This document shows positions 38,319 through 48,163 of a stretch of DNA of 64,000 nucleotides, in pieces. The number at the start of each line of letters is the position of its first letter. Positions within the stretch are counted from its first letter, which is position 1. Under the pieces are notes generated by a model that saw nothing but the letters and a program-made list of their open reading frames with translations, ran no database searches and had not been told where the DNA came from. Position numbers and translations under genes: made by a program. Source of the DNA: an uncultured Acidobacteriota bacterium (GTDB taxonomy: Bacteria > Acidobacteriota > Thermoanaerobaculia > UBA5066 > Gp7-AA6); the NCBI GenBank assembly GCA_963764715.1, contig CAVXTP010000017.1:65524-129523 (forward strand). Direction: 5' to 3'.

Positions 38319-40319
38319 TCAGGCGGGCTTCTCCTTCTTCATGGAGCCGTACCAGAGGTAGAGACACAGCAGGACGAAGCCCGCGGCGCTCACGGTCTGG
38401 GAAACCGGGTCGATGTCGTAGAAGGGCAGCTTGATCAGGTCCTCGCGGAACCCGGGCACGACGCGCAGCCCCGCGCCGAAAACGCCGCCGAGCGCGCCGC
38501 CGGCCATCAGTCCCGACGCGATGATGATCGCCCGCTCGCGCATCGACCGGCCGGTCACGCCGCCGGCCGCCTCGGAGCGCTTGTTGACGAAGTGCGAGAT
38601 GACTCCCCCGACGAGCGCCGGCGTATTGAGCTCGAGCGGCAGGTACATCCCGAGGGCGAAGATCAGGGGGGGAACCTGCAGCATCTCCATGGCGACCGCG
38701 ATCATCGCGCCCGCGCCGAAGAGGATGTAGGCGACCGGCTGGCGGCTCATGAAGCCCTCGACGAGGGCCTTCATGATCGAGGCCTGCGGGGAGGCCAGGA
38801 CCGGCCGCAGGTCGCCCGGCGCGGACTCGCCGAACTGGAAGGTCTTCGCGAGGAGCACGATCACGAGGCCCACGACGACCGACGAGACCAGCACGCCGTA
38901 GAACTTGACGCGCTCCTGGACGGCGGGGGTCGACCCCAGCCAGTAGCCCGTCTTCAGGTCCGTGATGGTCTGGCCGGACACCGACAGCGCCGTGCAGACC
39001 ATCCCGGCGATCGCCATGACGAAGAACATGCCCGTCCGCCCCGACACGCCGAACTCGAGGAGGATCAGGGACGAGATGATGATCGTCAGCATCGTCATCC
39101 CCGAGACCGGGTTGCGCGCCGTCGTCGCGATCGCGTTGGCCGCCACGGACGTGAAGAAGAACGAGAACACCATCGTCAGCCCGAGGCCGATGAGGACGAT
39201 GACGGCCCTGGCGTCGAGATTGCCCAGGAAGATCGCGACGGCCACGGTCGACACCACGACGCCGACCAGGATCTTCATGATCGCCATGTCCCGGTCCGTC
39301 CGTTCCAGCCCTTCGGCCTCGCCGTGGCGGAAGGCTTTGGCGGCGATCGAGAACGAACCGGCGACGATCTTGAGCGACTTGATGATGCCGAAGATGCCGG
39401 CGGTCGCGATGGCCCCGACGCCCATGAACCGCACGTAGGCGCGGTAAATGTCCGTCCCGGTCATCTCGGCGATCGGGAGCGTGCCCGGGTAGACGACCGC
39501 GTCGGGAAACTTCCGGCCGATGAACCAGATCACCGGCACGAGCACGAAGTTCGACAGCACGCCCCCGGCGCACAGCAGCGTCGAGGCCCGCAGGCCCATC
39601 ACGTAGCCGAGGCCGAGAATGAAGGCGACGGCGTCGAAACGCAGGACCATGCGGGCCTTGACCGCCAGATCGTCGAAGACCTTCACGAACCGGAAATCGA
39701 CGAACTCCTTCCACACCTGAAAGGTCGTCACGAAGAAGTCGTACACGGCCGAGATGCCGGTCGCCTGGAGCAGGAGCTTCGCCTGCGAACCTCCCCTCTC
39801 GCCGGTGACGAGAACCTCGGTGATGGCCGTCGCCTCGGGGAAGGGAAACTGCCCGTGCATGTCCCGGACGAAATAGCGGCGAAGCGGAATGATGAACAGG
39901 ACCCCGAGGGCGCCGCCGGCGAGGCAGATGAAGATCGTCTGCCAGGGATGAGGATCGAGCTTCAGGATGTAGAGGGCCGGGAGCGTGAAGATCGCGCCGG
40001 CGACGACCGACGCCGAGACGCCCCCGATCCCGGTGATGATGACGTTTTCGAGGATCGACGAACGTCGGCCGTAGACGCGCGCCAGGCCGATCGCCAGGAT
40101 CGAGATCGGGATGGCGGCCTCCATGACCTGCCCGACCTTGAGCCCGGAATATGCCGATGCCGCGGTAAAGATCGCGCAGAGGAAGAGCCCCCAGAGGACC
40201 GAGCGCCAGGTCGCCTCGGGGAGATTGGCGGAGGCCGGGACGATCGGCTGGTAGACCTCGCCGGACCCGAGCGGACGGTAGGCGTTTTCCGGCAGGGATT
40301 TCGTCTCGGACGCGTCCAT
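38319..40319 (-). CDS. OPT-family oligopeptide transporter
   Basis: 666 aa with about 15 TM helices. The N-terminus MDASETKSLPENAYRPLGSGEVYQPIVP...RSVLWGLFLCAIFTAASAYSGLKVGQVMEAAIPISILA is typical of OPT transporters. Confidence 0.85.
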   Translation of the reverse strand: MDASETKSLPENAYRPLGSGEVYQPIVPASANLPEATWRSVLWGLFLCAIFTAASAYSGLKVGQVMEAAIPISILAIGLARVYGRRSSILENVIITGIGGVSASVVAGAIFTLPALYILKLDPHPWQTIFICLAGGALGVLFIIPLRRYFVRDMHGQFPFPEATAITEVLVTGERGGSQAKLLLQATGISAVYDFFVTTFQVWKEFVDFRFVKVFDDLAVKARMVLRFDAVAFILGLGYVMGLRASTLLCAGGVLSNFVLVPVIWFIGRKFPDAVVYPGTLPIAEMTGTDIYRAYVRFMGVGAIATAGIFGIIKSLKIVAGSFSIAAKAFRHGEAEGLERTDRDMAIMKILVGVVVSTVAVAIFLGNLDARAVIVLIGLGLTMVFSFFFTSVAANAIATTARNPVSGMTMLTIIISSLILLEFGVSGRTGMFFVMAIAGMVCTALSVSGQTITDLKTGYWLGSTPAVQERVKFYGVLVSSVVVGLVIVLLAKTFQFGESAPGDLRPVLASPQASIMKALVEGFMSRQPVAYILFGAGAMIAVAMEMLQVPPLIFALGMYLPLELNTPALVGGVISHFVNKRSEAAGGVTGRSMRERAIIIASGLMAGGALGGVFGAGLRVVPGFREDLIKLPFYDIDPVSQTVSAAGFVLLCLYLWYGSMKKEKPA

Positions 40320-40419
40320 CGGCCCTCCGGCGGCGGTTGGGCTATCGTGTCCGAACGGTGCCCGCCGCGAAACTCCGCGGATCTTACCGGAGTCGGGGCG
40401 GACGAAGGAGGGCCGGGGC

Positions 40420-40866
40420 GTGAGCGGGAGCGCGAGCGATGCGGCGGGCCGGGCCTGGGCGGTCCTCTTCGCCCGCGGCGTGCTCGGCCTGATCTTCTTC
40501 ATGGCCGGCTTCTGGAAGGTCTTCACCCTGACGCCGTCGGGCCACGCGCACCGGTGGTTCGTCGATCCCTACGCCGACACGTTTCTTCCGGCGTGGTCGC
40601 TCTGGATCGCCGGCGTGACGATTCCCTTCGTCGAGCTCGCGGGCGGCGCGCTCATGCTCGCCGGCTGGCGCGTGCGCGAGGCCTCGCTCGCCCTCGGCGC
40701 GGTGCTCCTCGTCGTCACGTTCGGCCACCTGCTGAAGGAGCCGCTCTACGAGTTCCACACGCACGTCATTCCGCGCCTCGCCCTGGTCGTTTTCGTCCTG
40801 ATGGTTCCGCGCGATGCGGACCGCTTCTCGCTCGACGCGCTCGCCACGCGGCGGGCCCGCGCATGA
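40420..40866 (+). CDS. DoxX-family membrane protein
   Basis: 148 aa with 4 TM helices (LGLIFFMAGFWKVF...). DoxX-like topology. Confidence 0.65.
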   Translation: MSGSASDAAGRAWAVLFARGVLGLIFFMAGFWKVFTLTPSGHAHRWFVDPYADTFLPAWSLWIAGVTIPFVELAGGALMLAGWRVREASLALGAVLLVVTFGHLLKEPLYEFHTHVIPRLALVVFVLMVPRDADRFSLDALATRRARA

Positions 40867-41462
40867 AAGGAGCTCTCGTGAAAAAGCCCGTGCTCGCCCT
40901 CGTCGCCCTGCTGCTCTCCTCGATCGCCGCCGCCCAGGCGACCCGGCCGCCCTCGTCGGCCCCGCCGAGCGACGCGGCTCGCCGCCCCGGCGCGCCGCCC
41001 GCCGGCGACGGCGCCTCGATCGACTCCATCCTCGCCGCGCTCTACGCGTCGGTCAGCCATCCCGACGGCGCCGAGCCCGACTGGGCGCGGATGCGCGCGG
41101 TGATGCTGCCCGTCGGGATGTTCATCCCGCCCAAGCGCCCGAAGGAAGAGCTCTTCACGGTCCTCGACGTGGACGGCTTCCGCGACCGGGTGCGCAAGGG
41201 CGCCGCCGAGGCGAAGGAGAAGGGCAACTCGACCGCCTTCTACGAGAAGGAGGTCGCGCGCCGGCTCGACTGCTTCGGGAACGTCTGCCAGGCCTTCTCG
41301 ACCTACGAGGCGCGCCGCGCGCCGTCCGACGAGAAGCCCTTCGTCAGCGGCATCAACAGCATCCAGATGCTCAACGACGGCGAGCGCTGGTGGGTGGCCT
41401 CGGTCGTCTGGGACGTCGAGCGGCCCGGCAACCCGATCCCCGACCAGTACAAGCCGAAGTAA
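40863..41462 (+). CDS. Secreted hypothetical protein (signal peptide; possible SnoaL/NTF2-like fold)
   Basis: The ATG at 40863 overlaps the upstream stop; the N-terminus is MKGALVKKPVLALVALLLSSIAAAQA. Good coding bias. Confidence 0.5.
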   Translation: MKGALVKKPVLALVALLLSSIAAAQATRPPSSAPPSDAARRPGAPPAGDGASIDSILAALYASVSHPDGAEPDWARMRAVMLPVGMFIPPKRPKEELFTVLDVDGFRDRVRKGAAEAKEKGNSTAFYEKEVARRLDCFGNVCQAFSTYEARRAPSDEKPFVSGINSIQMLNDGERWWVASVVWDVERPGNPIPDQYKPK

Positions 41463-41501
41463 CGGTCAGGGAGGCGGGCGCGATCGGCGAAGGAGGACAC
41501 C

Positions 41502-41924
41502 ATGGGCCGGATCAACTTTTCCCGCGTCGTCCTCGGCGGCATCCTGGCCGGCATCCTGATCAACATCTCCGAGTACCTGCGCTACGACGTCGTCATGCGG
41601 GGAGAGTACGAGTCCGGCATGCGCGCGCTCGGGAAGGGACTGCCGCAGGGCGGCGCGGTGACCGCGGTCTGGACGCTCTGGGGATTCGGGCTCGGCATCG
41701 CCGCGGTCTGGCTCTACGCCGCCATCCGGCCGCGCTTCGGCGCCGGCGCCGCGACCGCCGTGCGGGCCGGCGTGGCGGTCTGGTTCTTCACGTCGCTGCT
41801 CGCGATCATCGCCATGCGGGCGATGGGCCTCTTCGGGATCTCGGCGCTCGCGCTCGCGTGGACGCTCGTCGAGTGCGTCGCCGCGACGCTCGCCGGCGCC
41901 TGGCTCTACCGCGAGACGGACTGA
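41502..41924 (+). CDS. Small membrane protein (4 TM), hypothetical
   Basis: 140 aa, hydrophobic, GC3-rich. Confidence 0.45.
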   Translation: MGRINFSRVVLGGILAGILINISEYLRYDVVMRGEYESGMRALGKGLPQGGAVTAVWTLWGFGLGIAAVWLYAAIRPRFGAGAATAVRAGVAVWFFTSLLAIIAMRAMGLFGISALALAWTLVECVAATLAGAWLYRETD

Positions 41925-41928
41925 TCCG

Positions 41929-43053
41929 TCAGGCGAGGGCCTGCCGGAAGTCCTCGACGAGGTCGTCGGGGTGCTCGAGGCCGACCGAGACCCGGAGGAG
42001 GTTCGGCGGCGTCCTGGACCCCGGGCCCTCGCTCGAGGCGCGGTGCTCGAGCAGGCTCTCGGTCCCGCCGAGGCTCGTCGCGTTGACGAAGAGCTTCATG
42101 CGCGAGGCCGCGCGCAGGGCGCCCTCGCGGCCGCCCTGGATGCGCACCGACACCATCCCGCCGAAGGCGCTCATCTGCCGCCGGGCGACCGCGTGGCCGG
42201 GGTGCGAGGGCAGCCCCGGGTAGTGCACCGCCTCGACGGCCGGATGGGCCTCGAGCGCCCGGGCCAGGGCGAGGGCGTTTTCGGAATGGCGCTCCATCCG
42301 GCAGGCCAGCGTCCGGAGGCCCCGGAGCACGAGCCAGGAGTTGAAGGGCGCCGCCACCGCGCCGAGGATGTACCGCACCTCCTCGGCCTTCGAAAAGGTC
42401 TCGTCCTTCTTCCGGAACACGAGGGCCCCGCCCTGCACGTCGCTGTGGCCGCCGAGGTACTTCGTCGTCGAGTGCAGGACCGCGTCGGCGCCGAGGTCGA
42501 GCGGGCGCTGCAGGGCGGGCGTCGCGAACGTCCCGTCGACGACGAGCTTCGCGCCTGCCCGGCGCGCGATCTCCGCGAGGCCCGCGAGGTCGGCGATCTT
42601 CATCAGCGGGTTCGACGGGGTCTCGGCCCAGATCAGACGCGTCGCGGGCGTCACCGCCGCCTCGACCCGGCCGAGGTCCCCCATGTCGACGGCGGACGCC
42701 GTCATCCCCCAGCGCGGAAGGAACTCGTCGGCCATGTGCCGGAAGCCGTAGTAGACGTCGTCCGGGAAGAGCACGTGCGACCCCGGCGGCATGGCCTGTA
42801 GGTACGCCGCCCCGGCCGCGAGGCCCGACGCGAACACGAGCGTGTCCTCGCCGCCCTCGATCGCCGCGAGGGCCTCGGCGAGCTGGCTCTGGTTCGGGTT
42901 GGACTCCCGGATGTAGATGTGCCCCCCCGGCCGCTCGGCCGCGGGGCCGTGCTCGAAGGTCGTCGAGAGGTGGATCGGCGGCGCAACGTCGAAGGTCGCC
43001 CGGTCGCGGCCTCCCCCGGCATGGATCGCGAGCGTTTCGAACTTCATGAACAT
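41929..43053 (-). CDS. Trans-sulfuration PLP enzyme (cystathionine gamma-synthase/beta-lyase, MetB/MetC family)
   Basis: 374 aa with ...[19 protein letters not shown] (PLP lysine) and the family-typical N-terminus [12 protein letters not shown]. Confidence 0.85.
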   Translation of the reverse strand: MFMKFETLAIHAGGGRDRATFDVAPPIHLSTTFEHGPAAERPGGHIYIRESNPNQSQLAEALAAIEGGEDTLVFASGLAAGAAYLQAMPPGSHVLFPDDVYYGFRHMADEFLPRWGMTASAVDMGDLGRVEAAVTPATRLIWAETPSNPLMKIADLAGLAEIARRAGAKLVVDGTFATPALQRPLDLGADAVLHSTTKYLGGHSDVQGGALVFRKKDETFSKAEEVRYILGAVAAPFNSWLVLRGLRTLACRMERHSENALALARALEAHPAVEAVHYPGLPSHPGHAVARRQMSAFGGMVSVRIQGGREGALRAASRMKLFVNATSLGGTESLLEHRASSEGPGSRTPPNLLRVSVGLEHPDDLVEDFRQALA

Positions 43054-43206
43054 CCCCCCGGTTTGCGCGCAACTCTCTCACGGGGGGAGGCTTGCCTGCC
43101 ACGGAATCCGCGGCGCCGTTCGGGACGTACTCCGTGCGAAACCCGCGAGCCCCGCCGGAATCTAAGGCAGTCCGGCAGGGTTCTCGCCGGAGGAGGATCC
43201 ATACCC

Positions 43207-43821
43207 TTGAAGACCCGGTGGCTCGCCCGTCTGATCCTGTCTCTCGCCCTCGGCGTCCTGGCCCGGGCCGCGCTCGCCGCGCCCAACGAGAAGGCCATCT
43301 TCGCCGGAGGCTGCTTCTGGTGCGAGGAGAGCGCGTTCGAGGACCTTCCCGGCGTCGTGTCGGCCGTCTCGGGTTACACCGGCGGCCGGACCGCGGACCC
43401 GACGTACGAGCAGGTCTCGACCGGCATGACCGGCCACGCCGAGTCGGCGGAGATCACCTTCGACCCGGCGAAGATCTCCTACGAGCAGCTTCTCCAGGTC
43501 TTCTGGCACAACATCGATCCGACCCAGGCCGACGGACAGTTCTGCGACCACGGGTCGCAGTACCGGTCCGCGATCTTCTACTTGAACGACGCGCAGAAGA
43601 AGGCGGCCGAGGCCTCGAAGGCGAAGCTCGAGCAGGACCCCCGGTTCCGCGGGAAGATCGCGACCCAGATCGTGCCGGCCTCGAAGTTCTATCCGGCCGA
43701 GGAGCATCACCAGAACTACTGCAAGGTCAATCCGCTCCGCTACAAGATGTACGCCGCGGGCTGCGGCCGCGCCGCGCGCCTCAAGGCGATCTGGGGCGAG
43801 GACGCCGGGAGCCACCCGTGA
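43207..43821 (+). CDS. msrA: Peptide-methionine (S)-S-oxide reductase, secreted
   Basis: [12 protein letters not shown] active-site motif after a signal peptide. TTG start at 43207 with GGAGGAGG upstream. Confidence 0.9.
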   Translation: MKTRWLARLILSLALGVLARAALAAPNEKAIFAGGCFWCEESAFEDLPGVVSAVSGYTGGRTADPTYEQVSTGMTGHAESAEITFDPAKISYEQLLQVFWHNIDPTQADGQFCDHGSQYRSAIFYLNDAQKKAAEASKAKLEQDPRFRGKIATQIVPASKFYPAEEHHQNYCKVNPLRYKMYAAGCGRAARLKAIWGEDAGSHP

Positions 43822-44399
43822 CGCGCGCCCTGCTCGCCGCCTTCGCCGGCGTTCTCGTGCTCGGCGCGACGCTCGCCGCGACCCTCGCGCCGTCTCCCGC
43901 TCCGACGCCCGCACCCGCCGCCGCGGCCTCGACGCCGCGCTGGAACGGCGCCGGCGCGTTCCAGAAGCCCTCGAGCGCGGAACTGCGCCGGCTGCTGACG
44001 CCCCTCCAGTTCGCCGTCACCCAGCAGGAGGGGACCGAGCGCGCGTTCTCCAACGAGTACTGGGACAACAAGCGGGCCGGGATCTACGTCGACATCGTGT
44101 CGGGCGAGCCCCTCTTCTCCTCGTTCGAGAAGTACGACTCGGGCACCGGCTGGCCGAGTTTCTGGAAGCCCCTCGAGCCCGCGAACGTGAAGGCGGGGGC
44201 CGAGATCTCCTTCATCATGCCGTATGCGGAAGTCCGGTCGGCCCACGCCGACTCCCATCTCGGCCACGTCTTCCACGACGGCCCGAAGCCGACGGGATTG
44301 CGTTACTGCATGAACTCGGCGGCGATGCGGTTCATCCCGGCCGAGGACCTCGAGAAGGAAGGCTACGGGCAGTACAGGGCGCTGTTCGAGAAGAGATAG
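43818..44399 (+). CDS. msrB: Peptide-methionine (R)-S-oxide reductase, secreted
   Basis: The GTG at 43818 overlaps the msrA stop. SelR/MsrB motifs GTGWPSF and [11 protein letters not shown] (catalytic Cys). Confidence 0.9.
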   Translation: MTRALLAAFAGVLVLGATLAATLAPSPAPTPAPAAAASTPRWNGAGAFQKPSSAELRRLLTPLQFAVTQQEGTERAFSNEYWDNKRAGIYVDIVSGEPLFSSFEKYDSGTGWPSFWKPLEPANVKAGAEISFIMPYAEVRSAHADSHLGHVFHDGPKPTGLRYCMNSAAMRFIPAEDLEKEGYGQYRALFEKR

Positions 44400-44400
44400 T

Positions 44401-44520
44401 CTCCGCCCCGGGTCGTAGGGGCGGCCCTTGTGGCCGCCCTTCGAGCGAGGGCGGGGGCAAGCCCCGCCCCGACGACGGGAGCCGCCCTTCGTCCTACGGC
44501 GACAGCCCCGGCTCGTAGTT
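44401..44520. repeat. REP-like GC-rich palindromic element cluster (third locus)
   Basis: GTCGTAGGGGCGGCCcttgtGGCCGCCCT, GGGCGGGGGCaagCCCCGCCCC, GGGAGCCGCCCTTCGTCCTACGGCG. It shares the GTAGGGGCGG core with the 11.3-kb and 12.6-kb copies. Confidence 0.7.
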
Positions 44521-45393
44521 CTCGACGAACTCGAGGAACCGGATCGTCTCGAGCATGTCCTTGCCGCGGAACCGGATCGCGTGGGCGTCGGTGCGCTCGA
44601 CGATCGGGAGGTACGCGAGGACCTCCGACGGCCGGTAGTTCTTGAAGCGGAGGTCGAGAGTCACGGGCGCCTTGACCTCGTAGACCTTCATCGCCGAAAG
44701 CCGGCCGAGCGCCGCCTTCGCGGCCGCGCGGATCCGGTCGCAGCTTGCCTCGGGCGTCAGCGTCCGGGCCGAGTGGAAGCCGGCGTTCCACTTCACGACG
44801 GCGCCCTCGATCGGCCCGAGCAGCGCCTGGGCCTCTTTCACCGCGGCGTCGTCGCCCGAGATCATCGCGACCGGAACGTGGAAGTGCCCCGCGATCGCGG
44901 CGTTGAGGCCCGCCTCCAGCACGGAGACGCCGTTGAGCCGCACGTCGGCGAGCGTCGCCGAGGACATCGTGTGCGCGCGGACGCCCTGCGGGTTGGTCGT
45001 CGACGCGTGGTAGCCGACGAAGAGGACCGCGTCGAAGCTCGCGTCGATTCCTTCCATCATCGCGAGCGGGCGCGGCCACGACCGGACGATCTGCACGTCC
45101 TTCGGGAAGCGCTCGATGAGGAGGTTTTCGCCGTTGCCGTGGGAATCGGAGACGAGGATCTCCGTCGCGCCCGCGGCCCGGGCCCCGTCGATCGCCGCCA
45201 GCACCTCGTTCGTCATGAACCCGCGGAACCGCTCGTACTCGAATCCCTGGGGGCCGAGCTGGTCGCCCGTCACGACCCCGGCGACGCCTTCCATGTCGGC
45301 CGAGATGTAGACCTTGAGCTTCGGCTGCGCGGCGGCGGGAAGCGCCGCGGCGAGAGCGAAGACGAGGGCCGCGGCGGTCCGGCCGCTCTTCAT
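44494..45393 (-). CDS. Peptidase M55 (D-aminopeptidase DppA-like), secreted
   Basis: Signal peptide then KVYISADMEGVAGV...LVSDSHGNGENL...VLFVGYHA, the DppA-family metal-binding signature. Confidence 0.75.
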   Translation of the reverse strand: MKSGRTAAALVFALAAALPAAAQPKLKVYISADMEGVAGVVTGDQLGPQGFEYERFRGFMTNEVLAAIDGARAAGATEILVSDSHGNGENLLIERFPKDVQIVRSWPRPLAMMEGIDASFDAVLFVGYHASTTNPQGVRAHTMSSATLADVRLNGVSVLEAGLNAAIAGHFHVPVAMISGDDAAVKEAQALLGPIEGAVVKWNAGFHSARTLTPEASCDRIRAAAKAALGRLSAMKVYEVKAPVTLDLRFKNYRPSEVLAYLPIVERTDAHAIRFRGKDMLETIRFLEFVENYEPGLSP

Positions 45394-46166
45394 CGGCCGC
45401 CCCCGCCGCCGACGCCCGGGGGCTCGGATTTCGCGGGCATCGCGAAGCGCGAGTCGTCGATCGGGACGTTGAGCTCGATCTTGTCGAACTTGAGCGACTG
45501 GGTCTGGTCGACGCCGGACGCCGCCGCCTCGAAGGAGTGCGGCAGCATCAGGCCCGACACGTCGCGGTAGTCGCCGATCCGGCTCCGGATCTCGACGTCG
45601 CGGCCGTCGACCGACCGCTTCGTCACGGCGAGGATCTGCAGATAGGTCTTCGCATCGAGGTACACGTCGCGGGTGTCGCCGGTCTTGCGCTTGATCCGGA
45701 GGTGCCACGCGTCGACGTCCTCCTCGATCTTCTCGCGCCCGATGACCTCGATCGTGTTGCCCTTGGCCGCGGCGTCGACGAGCGGCCCGTCGATGTCGGC
45801 CTGAAGCTCGATGTCCGCGGTCTCGGACGGCGACATCTTCTGGGGCTCGGTGACCCCGGCGAACGGCATCAGCATCCACGCGGTCTTTCCGTCGTAGGCC
45901 TGGATGGCCGTCTGCCCGTCGAAGATGAATTCCCAGCGCGTCATCGCGGGGCGCTTGATCTCGAGCGTCGTCGGCAGGGTCTCGTCGGCGAGCTTCATCT
46001 TGCCGGTCATCCGCATCGACTGGATCGACTTGATCTTCTCGAGTCCGCCGCGCGCCTGGATGCTCCGGGCGACGAGCTCGTCGGCGGTCGGTTTCTCCGT
46101 CTGCGCCGCGAGCGCCCGGGCGAGCCCCAGCGCGGCGAGGAGCGCGATCGTTCGTGTCCGTTTCAT
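45390..46166 (-). CDS. LolA-like / outer-membrane lipoprotein-sorting-fold protein, secreted
   Basis: Signal peptide MKRTRTIALLAALGLARALAAQ. About 250 aa of beta-rich sequence typical of the LolA/LppX-fold 'outer membrane lipoprotein-sorting protein' family. Weak call. Confidence 0.5.
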   Translation of the reverse strand: MKRTRTIALLAALGLARALAAQTEKPTADELVARSIQARGGLEKIKSIQSMRMTGKMKLADETLPTTLEIKRPAMTRWEFIFDGQTAIQAYDGKTAWMLMPFAGVTEPQKMSPSETADIELQADIDGPLVDAAAKGNTIEVIGREKIEEDVDAWHLRIKRKTGDTRDVYLDAKTYLQILAVTKRSVDGRDVEIRSRIGDYRDVSGLMLPHSFEAAASGVDQTQSLKFDKIELNVPIDDSRFAMPAKSEPPGVGGGGGR

Positions 46167-46258
46167 GGGGACCTCCCGTTCGCGGGGACTCTACCCCAGC
46201 GTCCCCGGGCGCGCCCGGGCCCGTCCGGCCGCGGCGCCGCGCGATAGGCTCTCGCCCC

Positions 46259-47350
46259 ATGCAATCGATCGAAGACCTCCCGACCCCTTCGGTCCTCGTC
46301 GACCTCGACGTCCTCGAGTCGAACGTCCGGGGAATGCAGGCCCGCGCCCGCGAGGCGGGACTCAAGCTGCGTCCCCACGCCAAGACGCACAAGTCGCCGG
46401 AGGTCGGGCGGCTGCAGCTCGCGGCCGGCGCCGCGGGCCTCACGCTCGCGAAGACCTCCGAGGCCGAGGTCTTCGCCTCCCTCGGGTTCGAGGACATCTT
46501 TCTGGGCTATCCGATCTACGGAGCGGACAAGGCCCGCCGACTGCTCGCGCTCGCGGACCGCATCCGGCTCGCCGTCGGCGTCGACAGCGAGGCGGGGGCG
46601 AAGAGCCTCGGCGACGTCTTCCACGCCGCCGGGCGCCGGCTCCCGGTGCGCCTCAAGATCGACTGCGGCTACCACCGGGTCGGCGTCGCCCCCGAGCAGG
46701 CCGTCGCCATGGCGCAGCGCATCGCGTCCCTGCCCGGACTGTCGTTCGCCGGCGTCTTCACGCACGGCGGGCAGGGCTACGCGGGACGGACCCCCGAGGA
46801 GGTCGCCGAGGCGGGCCACCTCGAGGGCCGCGTCGTCGCCGCCGCGGCCGAGGCGATCCGGTCCTCCGGGCTTCCGGTCGGCGAGGTCTCCCTCGGCTCG
46901 ACCCCGACGGCGCGGGCGGGCATGTCGGAGCGCGGGGTCACCGAGACGCGGCCCGGGACCTACGTCTACAACGACTTCTCGCAGGTGCAGCTCGGGAGCT
47001 GCCGGCTCGAGGACTGCGCCATGACGATCGTCGCCACCGTCGTGAGCTCTCCCGCGGCGGACCGCGCCGTCGTCGACGCCGGATCGAAGACGCTTTCGAA
47101 CGATCCCCTGCGGCCCGAGGGCCCCGGCCACGGCGCCATCCTCGGCCGCCGCAGCCGCCTCGCGCGGCTCTCCGAGGAGCACGGCGTCATCGCGGTCGAG
47201 CCCGGCGAGTCGTTCGCCGTCGGCGATCGCGTCCGCATCCTGCCCAACCACGCCTGCATCGTGTCGAACCTCCACGACCGTCTCGTCGCCGTCCGCGGCG
47301 GAAGGGTCGAAGGCTGGATCACCGTCGCGGCGCGGGGCTGCGTGCAATAG
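46259..47350 (+). CDS. Alanine-racemase-fold PLP enzyme of the D-serine deaminase / D-threonine aldolase (DSD1) family
   Basis: The N-terminus LPTPSVLVDLDVLESNVRGMQARAREAGLKLRPHAKTHKSPEV has the PLP lysine in the AKTHK motif. The C-terminal domain is typical of DSD1-like enzymes. Confidence 0.75.
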   Translation: MQSIEDLPTPSVLVDLDVLESNVRGMQARAREAGLKLRPHAKTHKSPEVGRLQLAAGAAGLTLAKTSEAEVFASLGFEDIFLGYPIYGADKARRLLALADRIRLAVGVDSEAGAKSLGDVFHAAGRRLPVRLKIDCGYHRVGVAPEQAVAMAQRIASLPGLSFAGVFTHGGQGYAGRTPEEVAEAGHLEGRVVAAAAEAIRSSGLPVGEVSLGSTPTARAGMSERGVTETRPGTYVYNDFSQVQLGSCRLEDCAMTIVATVVSSPAADRAVVDAGSKTLSNDPLRPEGPGHGAILGRRSRLARLSEEHGVIAVEPGESFAVGDRVRILPNHACIVSNLHDRLVAVRGGRVEGWITVAARGCVQ

Positions 47351-47404
47351 ACTGGCGGCCCGAAAAAACCAGACCTGACCCTGGACTTTTTCGTAAGGAG
47401 AAAG

Positions 47405-48013
47405 ATGATGTTCCGTACCCGGTTGCTCGCCCTCGTCCTCGCTGCCGCGGCCGCGCCGCTCGCCGCCGCCGACACCTACACCATCGACAAGAACCACTCG
47501 GACGTCAGCTTCCGCGTCCGGCACTTCGCCTCGAAGGTCCGTGGCACCTTCGGCGACTTCGAGGGGGCGATCCAGGCCGATCCCGCCAGGCCCGAGATCT
47601 CCTCGGTGGTCTTCACGATCAAGACCGCCTCGATCAACACGAACACCCCCGACCGGGACAAGCACCTCCAGTCCCCCGACTTCTTCGACGCCGCGAAGTG
47701 CCCGGAGCTGTCCTTCAAGAGCGCGAAGATCGTCCCGGCCGGGAAGGACAAGTACACGGTGACGGGCACGCTCACGATGCACTGCGTCTCGAAGGAGGTG
47801 ACCCTTCCGGTCGAGTACCTCGGAAGCACCAAAGACCCCTGGGGCAACGAGCGCGCGAGCTTCGAGGTGACGACGAAGCTGAACCGCAAGGACTGGGGCA
47901 TCAACTGGAACAAGGCGCTCGACGCGGGCGGATTCATGCTGTCCGACGACGTCGACGTCACCGTCAGCCTGGAGACGGTCAAGAAGAAGCCCGAGGCGGC
48001 CCCGGCCAAGTAG
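47405..48013 (+). CDS. YceI-family periplasmic polyisoprenoid-binding protein
   Basis: Signal peptide then YTIDKNHSDVSFRVRHF...GTFGDFEG, the hallmark YceI N-terminal signature. Confidence 0.85.
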   Translation: MMFRTRLLALVLAAAAAPLAAADTYTIDKNHSDVSFRVRHFASKVRGTFGDFEGAIQADPARPEISSVVFTIKTASINTNTPDRDKHLQSPDFFDAAKCPELSFKSAKIVPAGKDKYTVTGTLTMHCVSKEVTLPVEYLGSTKDPWGNERASFEVTTKLNRKDWGINWNKALDAGGFMLSDDVDVTVSLETVKKKPEAAPAK

Positions 48014-48030
48014 CTCTCGTCGCTCCACCG

Positions 48031-48066
48031 ATCCGAGGGCGGCCCGCGCGGCCGCCCTGCGCTTTT
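48031..48066 (+). terminator. Rho-independent terminator-like hairpin after the yceI-like gene
   Basis: GAGGGCGGCCcgcgcGGCCGCCCTgcgCTTTTCT: a GC stem followed by a T-rich tract. Confidence 0.55.
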
Positions 48067-48163
48067 CTGGACAACTTTTCCGCCCCCGAAGGGGCCCGCC
48101 TAGCATCCACAGCCCGCTCCGGACCGTACTCCGGCGGACGGAGCCAGCGGTAAAGTTCCTCTC

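Noticed and set aside
37120-39714. 864-aa minus-strand ORF
   Set aside because: Upstream of ~38250 it is the wrong frame running through the OPT transporter gene. Only the 37120-38250 portion is real, being the DUF885-like gene, which then frameshifts.
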